A DNA stretch of 63,446 nt, filler included, from Globobulimina sp. (lineage: Eukaryota): NCBI GenBank assembly GCA_003354225.1. It is 23 parts of 23 records of this genome, joined end to end, with 100 filler letters (N's around TTAATTAATTAA, not from the genome) between each part and the next. Parts side by side here need not be neighbours in the genome. Positions count along the whole stretch, not along the records: positions 22,116 to 24,779 come from PIVH01005470.1; positions 24,880 to 27,543 come from PIVH01005471.1; positions 27,644 to 30,307 come from PIVH01005472.1; positions 30,408 to 33,070 come from PIVH01005473.1; positions 33,171 to 35,833 come from PIVH01005474.1; positions 35,934 to 38,596 come from PIVH01005475.1; 17 more parts are not named here. The stretch is one strand, 5' to 3'. The notes beneath the pieces are model-generated. The model was not told where the DNA came from. It did no database searches and worked only from the letters and a program-made list of their open reading frames with translations. Positions 24,123-37,349 of the stretch are shown here, piece by piece (positions within the stretch are counted from its first letter, which is position 1; the number at the start of each line of letters is the position of its first letter). The position numbers were made by a program, and so were the translations under genes.

Positions 24123-24879
24123 CTTTTTTTTTCCTTTCTTTCTTTCTTTTTTTTTAAAGTACGTACAAATTCTTATTTCTAGAACTAGTTCAAGTTGTGT
24201 ATATTGTCTAAAATCTATTAAAAATGAAGCTAGTGTGTCGTATGGTCTGGCGGTATGGATCACCACACTAACTCTTTCGTCATTTTGCTTGCTTTTTGTG
24301 TTGTTGCATTGTGCGTATTGTATGAATCAGATAGATCCTAAAAGGAAAGACTTCAATTCTTCGAATTGACAAAGTCGATCACAAGTTTATATTTTGTTTC
24401 TTATGTTAATTAAAGAATATATTTGGTTGTTTTGAGTATGTAGGCAGCTATGCAAACAATTGCAATCACTTTCATTAACATCAGATTTTTGTAAAGTTAA
24501 GGTGGACATGGTCTATGGTCTCTGTTTTTTTATGTTGACGATATAATATATACACAGCAATTATTGAGGCCTCCAATTATTACGGGCACAAATTATGTAT
24601 GGCAATGCAAATCAAATGGAAATAAATCAAAATAATACGAAATCAAATGGTTTAATAATCAAAAGATATCGAAACATAAAAAATTTAAACAACCATAAAA
24701 ATGTGTTTTAAATGCAAACAGTGATTCGGTCCAAAACGTACTGATAGGTTTATACAGCAACTATTTAAAAACAGCAACANNNNNNNNNNNNNNNNNNNNN
24801 NNNNNNNNNNNNNNNNNNNNNNNTTAATTAATTAANNNNNNNNNNNNNNNNNNNNNNNNNNNNNNNNNNNNNNNNNNNN

Positions 24880-27475
24880 TGCTGTCTGAATAGGTGCCGT
24901 GTCGCACTTTCCTTAATTTGCGTGTTAAATAACGAAAAATAAGCATACCTTATTCACAAATTGTTCTTTATCCATATTATCAGCATATATTTCACTTTCT
25001 AACGCACCATAAAACAAAGCAGCAGTGGCATCGATTATATTTTGCGAATGTAGATCATTTGGAGTTGGTCTGTTCAGTAACAATTTATTAACCGTCCCAG
25101 ACGCATTTCTTTTATGTTCATTTCTCTGTGTTCTTTGATTCGAATCTAATACAATTCCGCGAGAATTGACTTCTGTCCATGAAGGTCTTTGCGACAACTT
25201 AATGTAGTTACATATGCTCAAAAAATGTACAAAATGACAGAAAAGGAAAGATATGTTGCGACACAATACCTTATTCACAAACTGTTCCTTGTCCATATTA
25301 TCAGCATACATTTCACTTTCTAACGCACCATAAAACAAAGCAGCGTTCGTATCAATAATATTCTGCGAATGTAGCTCATTCGGAGTCGGCCTGTTCATCA
25401 ACATCTTGTCCACCGTGCCAGACGCATTCGTTTTATGTTGCAACCGCTGTGCTCTTTGATTCGAATCCAACAAAATCCCGCGAGAATTAACTTCCTTCCA
25501 GGTCGGTCTCTGTCGCATTTTAGCAATAAACGTTTCTTTATCCATATTACCAGCATACATTTCACTTTCTAATGCACCATAAAACACAGCAGCTTTCGCA
25601 TCGATTATGTGTTGCTTATGTAACTCCTTTGGAGTTGGCCGATTTGTCAACAATTTATTAACAGTAAACGACGCCCTTTTTTTACGCTCCTTGTCAATAC
25701 CAACTACACCACCCATTTTTCGTTTTGTTTTGGTATTTTCATCTTGCTTTTTTTCAGCTGCATTGCCTGTGATAATGGTCTCCGCCTCATTGTGGTTCAT
25801 ATCATCCCATAAATCGAATAATATGTCTTCTTCCCCGTCCTCCTCATCCATTTCCATGTCACTATCAGGCGCGTCGTCAGCATGTCCCATAGTATAGGAT
25901 CGTTGCAGTGGTCTTCTCATATTAAAATCTGTTAAATTTAAATCGGTCTTTGCTGAAAGTGAGGGGTTTTTGAAATGTGACACAATCTTAGTGCTCGGAC
26001 TGAAGCTGTTTGACATTGTCACAGACCGCTTCATCGGCGGCGGCTCGACCACTGCAAATCTGACCGGTGCTTTTTGAGGTGCTTTTTGTTCAAAGTCCTG
26101 TGCTGGTTTCTCGTGCACTTGTTTCTTAGAAACTTGTTTCTGTATAACAAGACACAATGAGTTAGACATTAATTTTACTACATTTTGTCACCTTAACTTT
26201 GCTCAACAAATATTTATCCCTCCACTGGCCAGATTTGCTTTGTTTTTTATGTTTGGGGCCCTCTTTTTCCTCAGTTTCGGGTATATGTTTTTTAGAGACT
26301 TGTTTCTGTGCACAAACACATACAAACGCATAAGAATTTATTTGTTTTTGCTAACACATTAACTCAACTTTGCTCAACAAATATTTGTCTCTCCATTGGC
26401 CAGATTTGCTTTGTTTTTTATGTTTGGCAGTTTTTTTGCTTTGGCTGAAGGAATTAATATAGGCAATTTCGCATTTTTCAGCAATAACAATGTCTTTAAT
26501 ACACCATTCTTGCTCAGGAAATATGTCATACGCCCAGAATATCAAAGCTTTGACCAAATATTTGGACCGCAACATTTGCATTGGATCCTTCAATTTTATT
26601 AAAAATATTTTCGAGTCGAAGATTTCAGCAAAGATTGTCGACATTGACTCGGCTGACATTTTGGTCAATTCTTCGTTCATTGTGATTTGTTTCAGTAAAT
26701 GGAAAATTAACGTCATTAAACCGTAACGGTTGCGATCTTCTGGAACGGCTAAGTATAATGTTTCAATTTTATGTTTTAAATTATTTATAATTTGCATGGG
26801 AATGCCAGACACATCGTCGTCGACATGTTTTGTTCGTTTTATATTGGTTCCACTTGTAATGGAATCAAAAAAAGATATTAAATTTCCAATTTCTTTTTCT
26901 TTAAATATGGTGGAGGGCAAATTGGATAATAAGGACGATAGCAATTTGGCTAAAACGTGGATGTTTTTGTAGTTTTGTAAGTTATTTATGTCATAGGTCT
27001 GTTGTAATAAGTCATTAAATAATACATTTTTTTCATTCTTATCGCCGGCAATTCTGAATATACCCTCAATTTTCTCTAAATTCGGATGGGAATATAAGGA
27101 TTGTAATACATTCCATATTGAATATAAATAATTGGATGGAATCGAGGTTTGGACCTTTGGTCCGTTGCCGTTGGTAGCTTTTGTAAATGAGGCAAATACT
27201 TTTAACCAACATATGAATGATTCGCTCGTTTTAAATCGTAGCGCTAAATCGATAACCGGATGGTTGATAATTAACACATTTTCGTGCTTTTTATCGACGC
27301 TTAATGAGGTTAAATATGTCAAATCTAAAATATATTTTGCGGAGGAATCCATTGCTGTGTTAAAATCTGTTATGCCTTTTTTGAAATGCATTAAGCGACG
27401 ATCTTTTAAACGAAATAATCGAGATTGCCATCTTTTATTTGTTTTTGGTGGTTTCTTTTCTAAAAGGGCTTCCAT
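24880..27475 (-). CDS. PH-RhoGAP protein with multiple C-terminal RPEL actin-binding repeats; introns 26306-26368, 26140-26197, 25198-25269
   Basis: PH (WQSRLFRL..ICW), RhoGAP arginine finger EGIFRIAG, and at least 5 RPEL-like motifs (RPTPKEL..HII, RPTWKEV..GIL). The splice sites join the two ORFs through a 108-nt exon. Confidence 0.85.
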
Positions 27476-27643
27476 TATTAACTACGAAAGTTTTATGCAA
27501 AAAACAAATTAAAGTAATATTCGGTATCTTTTTAATAGCATCGNNNNNNNNNNNNNNNNNNNNNNNNNNNNNNNNNNNNNNNNNNNNTTAATTAATTAAN
27601 NNNNNNNNNNNNNNNNNNNNNNNNNNNNNNNNNNNNNNNNNNN

Positions 27644-29792
27644 CGACATTGGGCAACAAACGAATAAATATATTAAAATCTAACGACGTATAACGTTTTA
27701 AGCAAAAGGTCGGCGAAAAGGCTTTAAATCCAAATCTTTTCTTGGAGGTTTTGCTCATTTTCATATATTTCCAGTTGATTTCAGCAGTTTTAATTTGCGA
27801 TAAAAAATGATGCCATAATTTCAAAACATATTTCGGTACAACAGAATCGCAGAAATATTTTAATATTTTCCCGCCAATTTCTTCTTTAATCAACAACTTC
27901 AAAACCTTATAATGCCACTTTCTAACATTTTGCTTAAAGGGCCAGCCTTCGATCATAAAATGAAACATTGTGAGCGGTTGGATATAATTATAATAATTTT
28001 GCTTGGTTTGCAGATCGCGAATGGTATCAAACTCGAAATGAACTAAGCCGCCAATAAATAGCTTTTCGTCTTCGTGGGTAAAGTCGCTCCAATACGGACA
28101 GTCAAAATAAAATTGATTCACATTTCTTCGTTTGATGTCCAACACAATGCCGCCGCGACCAAACACATTGACAGCAATCTCAAATTTGGCGGTGGTCGAA
28201 ACCGGACCGCATAAACGGACTGTCGTCGAATTAAAAATCAGTGAATCGCCAATACCGTGGAAAAAGACGCGATATTTGCTGTCCTCCATTGTGCTGCCAA
28301 AGCATTCGATACATTCTCGCAGCAATTTGCCCCAATTATGATACTCAGAGTGGCGCCGTTTAAGTTGAAGGTCGGTTTCGTACACATCCACTTTGCGGAA
28401 AGTCGCACTGAATTCGTAGCATTGTTTGCTATAATTTGTGTACAAAAGCAGTGCCAAAATGTGTTGGATGCAGATTTCTTGGTTTTCGCCAATTCCATAA
28501 TAAGGTTGCCACGAATTCACAGTGCAAACTATTTTGTGCGCATTTAACTTCTCCGCCGCTTTGATGAGCGTTGTGTTGTATTGCTCCGCCGAGAAAGTTT
28601 GGATTTTATTATTCAGCAATTCATATTTCAGATTTTCATATTTTTGTGGAATGTACCAATGCTTCAGTTTGTAGCCAACATTGTAATCACCAGTCACTTG
28701 GCCAAATATTACACTTTTCGCAGCCTCATTATTTTTGTAATAATCCCAATAAAAATACCGATATCCGCACTTATACAAAGATAATGATAAAGAGTTTTCA
28801 ATCAATAATTTCGAGGACAAATCCAGAAAAGACTCACAATCTGAAAGTGCCCGCCGCAAATTGGAGCATCTCAGCCATTTCTTGGAATTATCGCAAAATG
28901 CCAAATCTTGTAAAATGGATTCCGAGTCATACTGTTCCTCCATCAACAAAGCACAGATTCGAATGATATTATTTTGTTTCATGCCACTTTGCATGATTTG
29001 GAGCACAAAATTATCCATAAAACACTTACAAGCCTTGTTGTCATTGCTTGCCATCGTAATAAATTTATCATTCACATTCATTTTCGGATAGCGGTTTGCT
29101 GATTTTTTCATTTTATTTTCCATAAACTCAATCATTTTCGAAGCATATTCGTCATCACAAAGCGCATCGAATTCAATGTCATCATTTACCTTCATTTTAT
29201 TGTAAAACTCATCAAAAAATGCATTATTATCAATGTGGAGGGTATGATAAAGAAATGAATGCAAAGAATCTAAGATTTGTTGGCTCGATATGTTGCGACC
29301 CATTTCTTTAATATTCGAGTTCACAAAATATAATTTGTTCCGTTTTGCATTATTCTCGCCATAATATTCACGATCTCGATGATGCCGACCAATAATTGCA
29401 CATTTTTCTATATTGCAATCACAATCGGTCTCATTTAATAACAGCAATAACTCCTTTCGATTGATTACGAACCGAAAGTCGAACAAAAAATGTTGGAAAC
29501 TGTAAGAATCACTCAATTTCGTGTTAATAATATCATACATATTTAATGCGGCGGTGCCAGCTCCATTTATCCATTCCACATAACATTGGGAAATATATTG
29601 GATTCGTTGCAGTCTGTCAAGTGGCTTATTATTTTTATTTTTATTATTATTATTATCCTTGCTTTCAACTTCAAATAACTCTCTGCAATTCGTGTCCATT
29701 AATATTACCGGTTTGCTTTTGCTTTCTGTTTCGTTGATCACCGGTTGGCTTTCTTCCACAGACATGGTCTCACTTTGAGAAAGCGAAAACAT
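27644..29792 (-). CDS. Large protein with a C-terminal ADP-ribosyltransferase-fold-like domain (3' truncated)
   Basis: Motif order LLLYT ... FFHG ... PVSTT..EIA..F...GIVL ... SDFTHEDEKLF mirrors the YRG/STS/ExE layout of R-S-E class ARTs. Confidence 0.6.
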
Positions 29793-30407
29793 GACAAAGA
29801 GTTTTTTAAACTCAACTACTCAAAAAGTCTAAAGCTAGTCATCAAATATTCAACAACAAAAAAAGAACGTGTCTTTTTCCGATAATGTTTCTTCCGCGGT
29901 AACACCGATTAATATTAAAAGAAACTAAACGATGCCATATTTGAATCAAAAGAATTGTTTATTTATTTATGATTTGTTATCTATTTCCTTACTATTTTTA
30001 AAGAAAACAAATTGCCAACAAATCATAAACGTCAATTGGTTGCGTAAACTTCTTTTAATAACAATAAACTAAACGCTATCAACAAAAAAGCAATTCACTT
30101 CAATTTGTATGCCATTCCAATTCTAAATTAAATCATGGGATAAATTTATTTATAATATTATTCTGTTTTGACAATGTTTTTGGAACGGGGAGCAACGCGC
30201 AGCGTTGCGAGCCATCGTCCTCTGCAGAGCAGAGTCAGATAACTGATATGGGAGGGACCCATTTACTCTGAGGATTATTCTGTTGCGTGTTAAAATTATT
30301 TGTAAACNNNNNNNNNNNNNNNNNNNNNNNNNNNNNNNNNNNNNNNNNNNNTTAATTAATTAANNNNNNNNNNNNNNNNNNNNNNNNNNNNNNNNNNNNN
30401 NNNNNNN

Positions 30408-31827
30408 AATAATTACTGTAATTACACAATCAATGCAAATGTAACCATCAATTGTGGTCCCCCTCCACCACCAACACCAATGCCAACACCGCAACCAACA
30501 CAAAATCCAACAACAATGGCGCCCACATCATTATACACCAATATATCCCATACATTTGACATGAAATTATATGTAAACAATACCGTGTCATTTACCATTC
30601 CGGTTCAAAGTAAAGTGGATAGTTTGAGAGATGAATTATTTTTCGTTGAGTTTGATTTCATTGATGGTGAATGTGAGAATCCAAGATTGACATTTTTATT
30701 TGAAGAAGTTCTGTGCATATGTTTGTTTGATATATTTTAACTTAATATATTTTATAATTATTCAGATTGATTTTGCGGAGATTACAGAATTCATTGAAAT
30801 TTATTATCCAACCTATCCTTCGGATTTATTACAACGTTGTGACGGTTCCTGGGACTTTAATTGTGGTTATTTCATACAATGTGTATCAGCCTATCCATTG
30901 TCGTATGCGTTGACAGACAAAATCGAATTAATATTACTCAAATCAGCAGATGTCGGTCAATTATGTGAGTTTGCATTGAATGCCAATGTAACAATAACTT
31001 GTGGCCCACTCACAACAACGCCATCTGTCGCACCATCCGCAAACCCGACAGCACCGCAATTTGCGTTCAGCAAAGTATTTGATTTGAGTGAGAGTGAGAA
31101 GAATGATGCATTAATAAAGAGTTATGACATAAATGTACATTCAAGCATTGATAATGGTGTTGATGTTGTGTTTAATGTAACGTTTACATTTATAAATGGC
31201 ATTTGTCTTAATCCATATTTATCAGTGCTATTTGAAGAGATTGACCATTTGTCAGATGATGAATATTTGGAAATTCGCTATCCTTCGGATCAAATCTATG
31301 ACGCCATTGCACGGTGTGATGGTGATATTGATTATAATTGCGACAAATATGAGCATTGTATGTCGTATTATGACTTAGCTGTACATAATATCTCCAAAAT
31401 CAGTGATGAAATTACTATTTATGTAGTTAAATCTGCACAGGTTAATAAATTATGCGATAATTCCATCAATGCAAATATTACAATTTCATGTATTTCAACA
31501 GCACAAAATATTAATATGACATGTCCGCCAACGCCAATTTGTACACCTTCGCCAACTGTGATTGTAGAGAATGGAGAGAAATGGAATGATGAATTGATGG
31601 CTTATTTGCCGTGGATATTATTTGCTGTGTCTGGATTTTTTAATTTTTTATTGTTGATTTCATTGATTCAACAATGTCGAGTTAGGAAATCAATTGAAAT
31701 GAGACAAAGAATGGCTTTGATGGATGAATCGACTCAAATGGTAACTATGAATGCACGGATTGGACATAAAGATTTTCAGGAAATTATTAGTGATGCTTCT
31801 GTTGATTATGTTACTATGAACAATTAA
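30408..31827 (+). CDS. Cell-surface protein with tandem Cys-containing domains of about 120 aa, Pro/Thr linkers and a single TM; intron 30708-30765
   Basis: The repeat F.FI.G.C.NP.L..LFEEID..RCDG..D.NC..KSA.V..LC..NAN.TI.C occurs twice, plus a partial copy at the contig start. TM YLPWILFAVSGFFNFLLLISLI. Confidence 0.75.
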
Positions 31828-31915
31828 GTGAGTGATAATGAATTTTGTTTGACTTGACAGTCTTGACTTGTCCGTTATTATTATTTTAATTATATAGTAT
31901 ACTACATACAAGTTC

Positions 31916-33070
31916 GTGACTTCACTTCAAAGGATGCGTTCAACTGATACGTGTAACGAAGAGGAACACAAATATGATCATGATATTGATATTAACACTA
32001 ATCCGAAAGTCACTGATGATGCATATACAGAGAAACGAAAGCCAGAATATATTATTAAAGCAATATTTTATTCAGCAGATGATGAGAATATCGAAGTGTT
32101 AATCGATGAAACAATTAATTTTATCGCCAATGATTCGCGATTTACTCATTTGTGGCAAGACGACGAATTTATAAAATTATTGTATTCTGATAACACATAC
32201 TTTGGCGCCGTCGACATATTAATGCAAGAAATAAAGGATATTGAATTTGTGGATAAAACTGATTTTTTTCATCAATTTGTATGTCGCGAATATGAGCGAG
32301 AACGGAAGCACTCAGAACAGAAAACAACGAGACAAACACAAAAAAAATATGATATCGATATTAATCAACGAAAAAAATACACATTGCAATGTATAAAGGC
32401 AAATGCAAACGATATTCACTCTGAATTTAAAATAAACGAATTCAAAATCAATGATGAAGAGAAATATATGGATATTAACTCTGATTATTTCCCACTCCCA
32501 AATTACACACCAAATAAAAACTTTATATGGTCACAATATGACACCACACAGATTCAAACAAATACAGGCATGCAACCGTATGCATATTGGAAACTGTTGG
32601 ACAAATATGCAAATAATGCAAGTGATGCAATATCTGTGTTACATCTGAACCAAATCCTGGGTTTATTGAGGTTTTGTTTACAAACATTTACATTCACATT
32701 CAAAGCTAAAACGATATCCGTTATGATAGAAACAAATGATTCAAATTGCTCTGAATATGAAATATTTTGGTGGAATGGCGGAGATGCGTTTGACTCTTGC
32801 TGTGCTGTATCAATTTGCAGACATAATGAGCCAAACCAATGTTACTTTTATCTGTGTTTTGAAGCAGACTTTGAAAACAAAATAGAATGGCAATGGTACA
32901 ATAAAAATGAAGCATGTTTTCAAAAATCAGAGTTGGGATTTAAAGTATTGGCTCAGTTGGAAGCTTCATGGCAAGCCAATTTATATTCAAATTTCCCATT
33001 AGATATTATCTCTTCAAACGCAAATCGAGTTTCATTTAATTTTGTATGTATCACAGAAATGGCAGAGGGG
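31916..33070 (+). CDS. Hypothetical protein, 3' truncated
   Basis: Long ORF in AT-rich DNA; no motif recognised. Confidence 0.55.
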
Positions 33071-33170
33071 NNNNNNNNNNNNNNNNNNNNNNNNNNNNNN
33101 NNNNNNNNNNNNNNTTAATTAATTAANNNNNNNNNNNNNNNNNNNNNNNNNNNNNNNNNNNNNNNNNNNN

Positions 33171-35833
33171 TTTTGTCGTCGCCGTTTTTGTATTCCCAGC
33201 CCTATTCTCCTTATATTCCTCTTCTTTTTCTTCCTCTTCCTCCAGAGCCTGTACTTGTAAATTAATTCCAGCCGACAGCGATTTAGTTTTTGTTTTTGTA
33301 TTTGTATAAGGTTTCGATTTCAATGGGTTTTCCCACTGTGTCTTTTGTAACTTATCATTATGATAATATTTGGTGCCTCCGTTGTTGGTGATGACTCTCC
33401 AGAATTCAGGCAGTGCCCCTTCCTCCTCCTCATCATCAATATCAACCTCAGTGTCTTCTTGTTCTTTTTCGTCGAGTTTTACTGATTTGGACTTAGGTCT
33501 TTCCCATTGCTTTTGTTCAATGATTTTATTATGATAATACGTCAAACCTTCTTCGTTCACAATCTGTTCCCAACCCGTTGGCAATTCCTCTTCTTCTGTT
33601 TCCGTCTCCGTCTGTTCTGTTAATATCTCTTCCCGTTCCGAAGGCCGGTCCCACTGTGTAATATTATCGCGATCATGATGGTAATACACCAATCCTTCTT
33701 CATTGATAATCTTCCGCCAACCCGGTGGTAGTTTATCTGATATCGGATTTAATTCTATCTCAGACACAGCTGTGTCCGCTATAACCTTTGTATCATTATA
33801 TTTTGTCTCTGCTGCATCCGTTTTATTTGCGAATCCACCACCGGAGCCTTCATAGGATTCGCTATCTTTGTGAATGTGTTGCCCTTTTGGTGATTCTTTA
33901 TCATACGCATAATAACCATCGTCATTCAAATCATTTATTACATCTTTGGCAATGATTAACTGCCACACATTTTTCTCAAATCTCGTCAATAAATGGTTTA
34001 ATTGTTGTTTGCTTAAATTTAAAAATATTTTCACCGCTAAATCATTGTCCGATATTAAATCCAGATGTTCTTCATCCACACCTCGCAAATTCGCGATGAT
34101 TTGTTTACAGCCGTTCACATTTAATGTCTCAATGTCATCTTTGCCATGTTCATGAAACTTATAATATGCGATATGGTCATTGGAACTGTACACAGTGTCG
34201 ATACTCGGCTTCATTTTATTTTGTAAGCTCATATTTCGCAATGAAGCCGGTTGTGTCCATGGAAATGAACCAATCTTATAACTCGTTAAAAAATATTCCC
34301 ACTCTTTTTTTGTACTACGGTTGTTTTGATCGAATTTATTGTACCTCACACACGACCATGTTACCTGACACATGATATCAACCGCAGACGCACTCTCCCT
34401 CTCCAATCCATCCTTATATTTAATAGATTCCACCACATCGTCATAAGACATTATCCCTTCTTCATTCCATTCATGATACTCTACCAAAAAGGCGATAAGT
34501 TCTTGAATCGATGGCGTTGTTGCTTTACATTTACAATAACTATGCAAAGCCTCCTCGTCGGAGGAATATTCGCTACATTTCTGACAATATTTAATGAATA
34601 ATCTGTCCATTATAAATAATGCTAAACCCACAATAATTAATATATGCACCGCAAACAACGCATCATAGCCATCTGAAGTCAATACCTGCGCTTCAAACAC
34701 AACTGTTTCAAATACGAATATTTCAGTCAATAACGCCTGCAACGACATAATCACTAACAAGTTGGCAATATTTAACAGCAGCAAATACGCCGAAAATAAT
34801 AACCATAGCCAATGTTGACTGTGTGCAGATATTTGATATGAATTAAACCGCAAACTCCGATTAAAAAACGAAATGTATAAAATAATAATCACTGTAGTTG
34901 TGGGGATTAAAATGAGTCCGAATAAGGCCGCAACACTTGATATACCAACATATTTTGGAGAAATCCGATTTAAAAACGCTACAAATTGATCCACTCTGTT
35001 TAACATATCCTTGACTTTTTTAATAATTCTCCTGATTTTATCTATCAATTTTTGAATGGTACTATAGATTTTCTTAAACATTTCGGCCAAACGTTTAACG
35101 GTTTTCAATATTCGCTGCAATCGATAATAATTTGCTGCGCCAGAGGCTGCAGTGGGAAAAATTGAGGCAACCAATATGGCCGCAAATGCAGAGACAATCA
35201 AATAACACATAGCTTCATCAGAAATAGCTGTCACCACTTCGATAATATCTAATAATTCACCCACTTCAGCCCAGATATCCTCAAACATATGAAAATAGTT
35301 CTCAATCGTGAAGAATTTGCCGGTGAACGGAGTGGTGTAATCAAAGAATGGCGTAAATCGCATGTCGACAGTAAACCAGTCATAGCTTAATACAATGATT
35401 AAGAAGGGCAAAGCCAATAAAATTAGTATTAATGCAATTTTAGTGATGCCTTGTTTGATAAACCAAAAATGAATGTTTTCAACAATGTTTGTGTATACAT
35501 TTTTAAATGGGGTATAATATCGATACATGGATTTAAAATACAACACGATAATAACTGTAAAACGTAATGCTTCGATTAATAAACATCCAAACCATACATA
35601 GATGCAATATATATGGAGAGAAATGTCACCATCGGACTTAAAATCATATAATAAATTTATGGAGACATTTAGTGAAAATAATAAAATAAATATGCTGCAC
35701 CAATTCGTTTCTACGAGAATACGACGATGGATAATTAAATAAACAATGATTGCTATGGATAATAAACATTTTGCGATGCAGGCGATTATGACAAATAACT
35801 CGGCCGAATCAGTTTTTGTTGCGAGGATTATGC
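33171..35833 (-). CDS. Multi-pass membrane protein with three C-terminal WW domains (partial)
   Basis: Three WW motifs: LPPGW..GLVYYHH..TQWDRP, LPTGW..YYHN..QWERP and LPEFW..YYHN..TQWENP. Several TM helices lie upstream. Confidence 0.85.
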
Positions 35834-36014
35834 NNNNNNNNNNNNNNNNNNNNNNNNNNNNNNNNNNNNNNNNNNNNTTAATTAATTAANNNNNNNNNNN
35901 NNNNNNNNNNNNNNNNNNNNNNNNNNNNNNNNNATCATCAATATAAATATCACGATCATCTTCTATGGCGGAATCGATTTGATCGACTGACGTCTCAATC
36001 GACTCTTCTGGTGA

Positions 36015-36782
36015 AGATTCTTTTTCAAGGAATTTAGGCTGACTCAGTATGAGAATAAACTGAGTTCGGCCATCGATAAAAGCAGGCATTCCACAGCAAA
36101 AGCTACCAACGCCGGTGCCTGGATTCGTGCCAAGCCCACGAGACCGGCGACAATATTATCCCCCACATCCTATAGATTTGCAACATATTCTCGGTATGGA
36201 TGGGAGATTTTTGATTGGAATGAAGACGAGAAAAATTGTGTGGATTGTGATAAGGAAATGGACGCCTACGGTGCCCATTGTATTAACTGTGGAAGCCGAG
36301 ATGGAGTATTTTCTTATACACATAATAAGATTAGAGATTGCCTCGTTTATTATGCAAAACAGGCGGGTTTTTTGGTGGAAAAGCCGGCGGATTTGTATCT
36401 ATTTAATTATTTAAAAGGACAAGATTATGCTTTTGATGTGACAGTCGTGTCACCGTATAAATTAGGTCAGTTGGCCGATACTATCCGATTCTCCGGTATT
36501 TCGGCCGATATTACCATTCGGAATAAGTATTTAAAATATGAAGAGGATATCAAATCGGTTCATTGGAAGTTTCAGCCGATTGCATTTGAAAGAAGCGGTG
36601 GGTGGAGTTTACCCGCCCAATTATTAGTTAAGCGAATTGCAAAGCAATATGGATCTAAATATAATATTAATTTTAATATCATTATCAACATTATTACATC
36701 GGAAATAAGTTGTATTCTTCTCAAGAACACTGCTTATATGATCGCCAAACGCAAAGTGGATAACGGACCTTCATTTTTGTAG
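36015..36782 (+). mobile_element. 3' end of an RLE-type non-LTR retrotransposon (CRE/R2-like): CCHC knuckle plus restriction-like endonuclease
   Basis: In frame: AGAWIRAKP..YRFA..R.G, C..C...MDAYGAHC..C, HNKIRD, PADL..FDVTVVSP, K..KY and FQPIAFE..GGW. No RT domain is present (5' truncated). Confidence 0.85.
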
Positions 36783-36890
36783 ATCATGTCACTGTATTTT
36801 GTCATTTGACTGTATTTTTATTTCTTCGAGAGCTTTTGTGTTATGTTTTCTTTTTCTTATTTATTCTTTAGTTCAGCTCATTTATTAGAA

Positions 36891-37220
36891 TTAAATATGA
36901 TATATTTTTGGGTAATATTTTTTGTGTATTTGTTTCATGATTTTGTTAATTACGTCTCCTATTTTTATTGATGATGAATATGCCACTGATATTTGAAATG
37001 ATTCTTGAAATGCATATTTTTCTTGAACCGGAATAATTATATATTTTGCATTGCATTTTGTGCAACTGTTCTCACTCAATGTATTCACAAATTTACATGC
37101 ATCACACTCCCACGGTTGCACTTGCTTTTTGGATAAATCATCCCATGGATTCACAAATGGTTGTGCTTGTTTTTTTGTGTTGCTCTTTTTCTTCTTGTTT
37201 TTGGATGTGGCGTTTCCCAT
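36891..37220 (-). CDS. Small protein with an N-myristoylation-like start and a RanBP2-type zinc finger
   Basis: MGNATS followed by basic residues, and WECDACKFVN....CTKC. Confidence 0.6.
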   Translation of the reverse strand: MGNATSKNKKKKSNTKKQAQPFVNPWDDLSKKQVQPWECDACKFVNTLSENSCTKCNAKYIIIPVQEKYAFQESFQISVAYSSSIKIGDVINKIMKQIHKKYYPKIYHI

Positions 37221-37349
37221 CACCGCTTAAGTAGATTAAAAAAATCTTTTGTCGGCTTATAAGGGAAATTTCTGGAAATTTCATCCCTGAAAGAATATGT
37301 TTAGAACAAAAAAAAATATTATAATTATATTAATGATGAGATATGTTAA

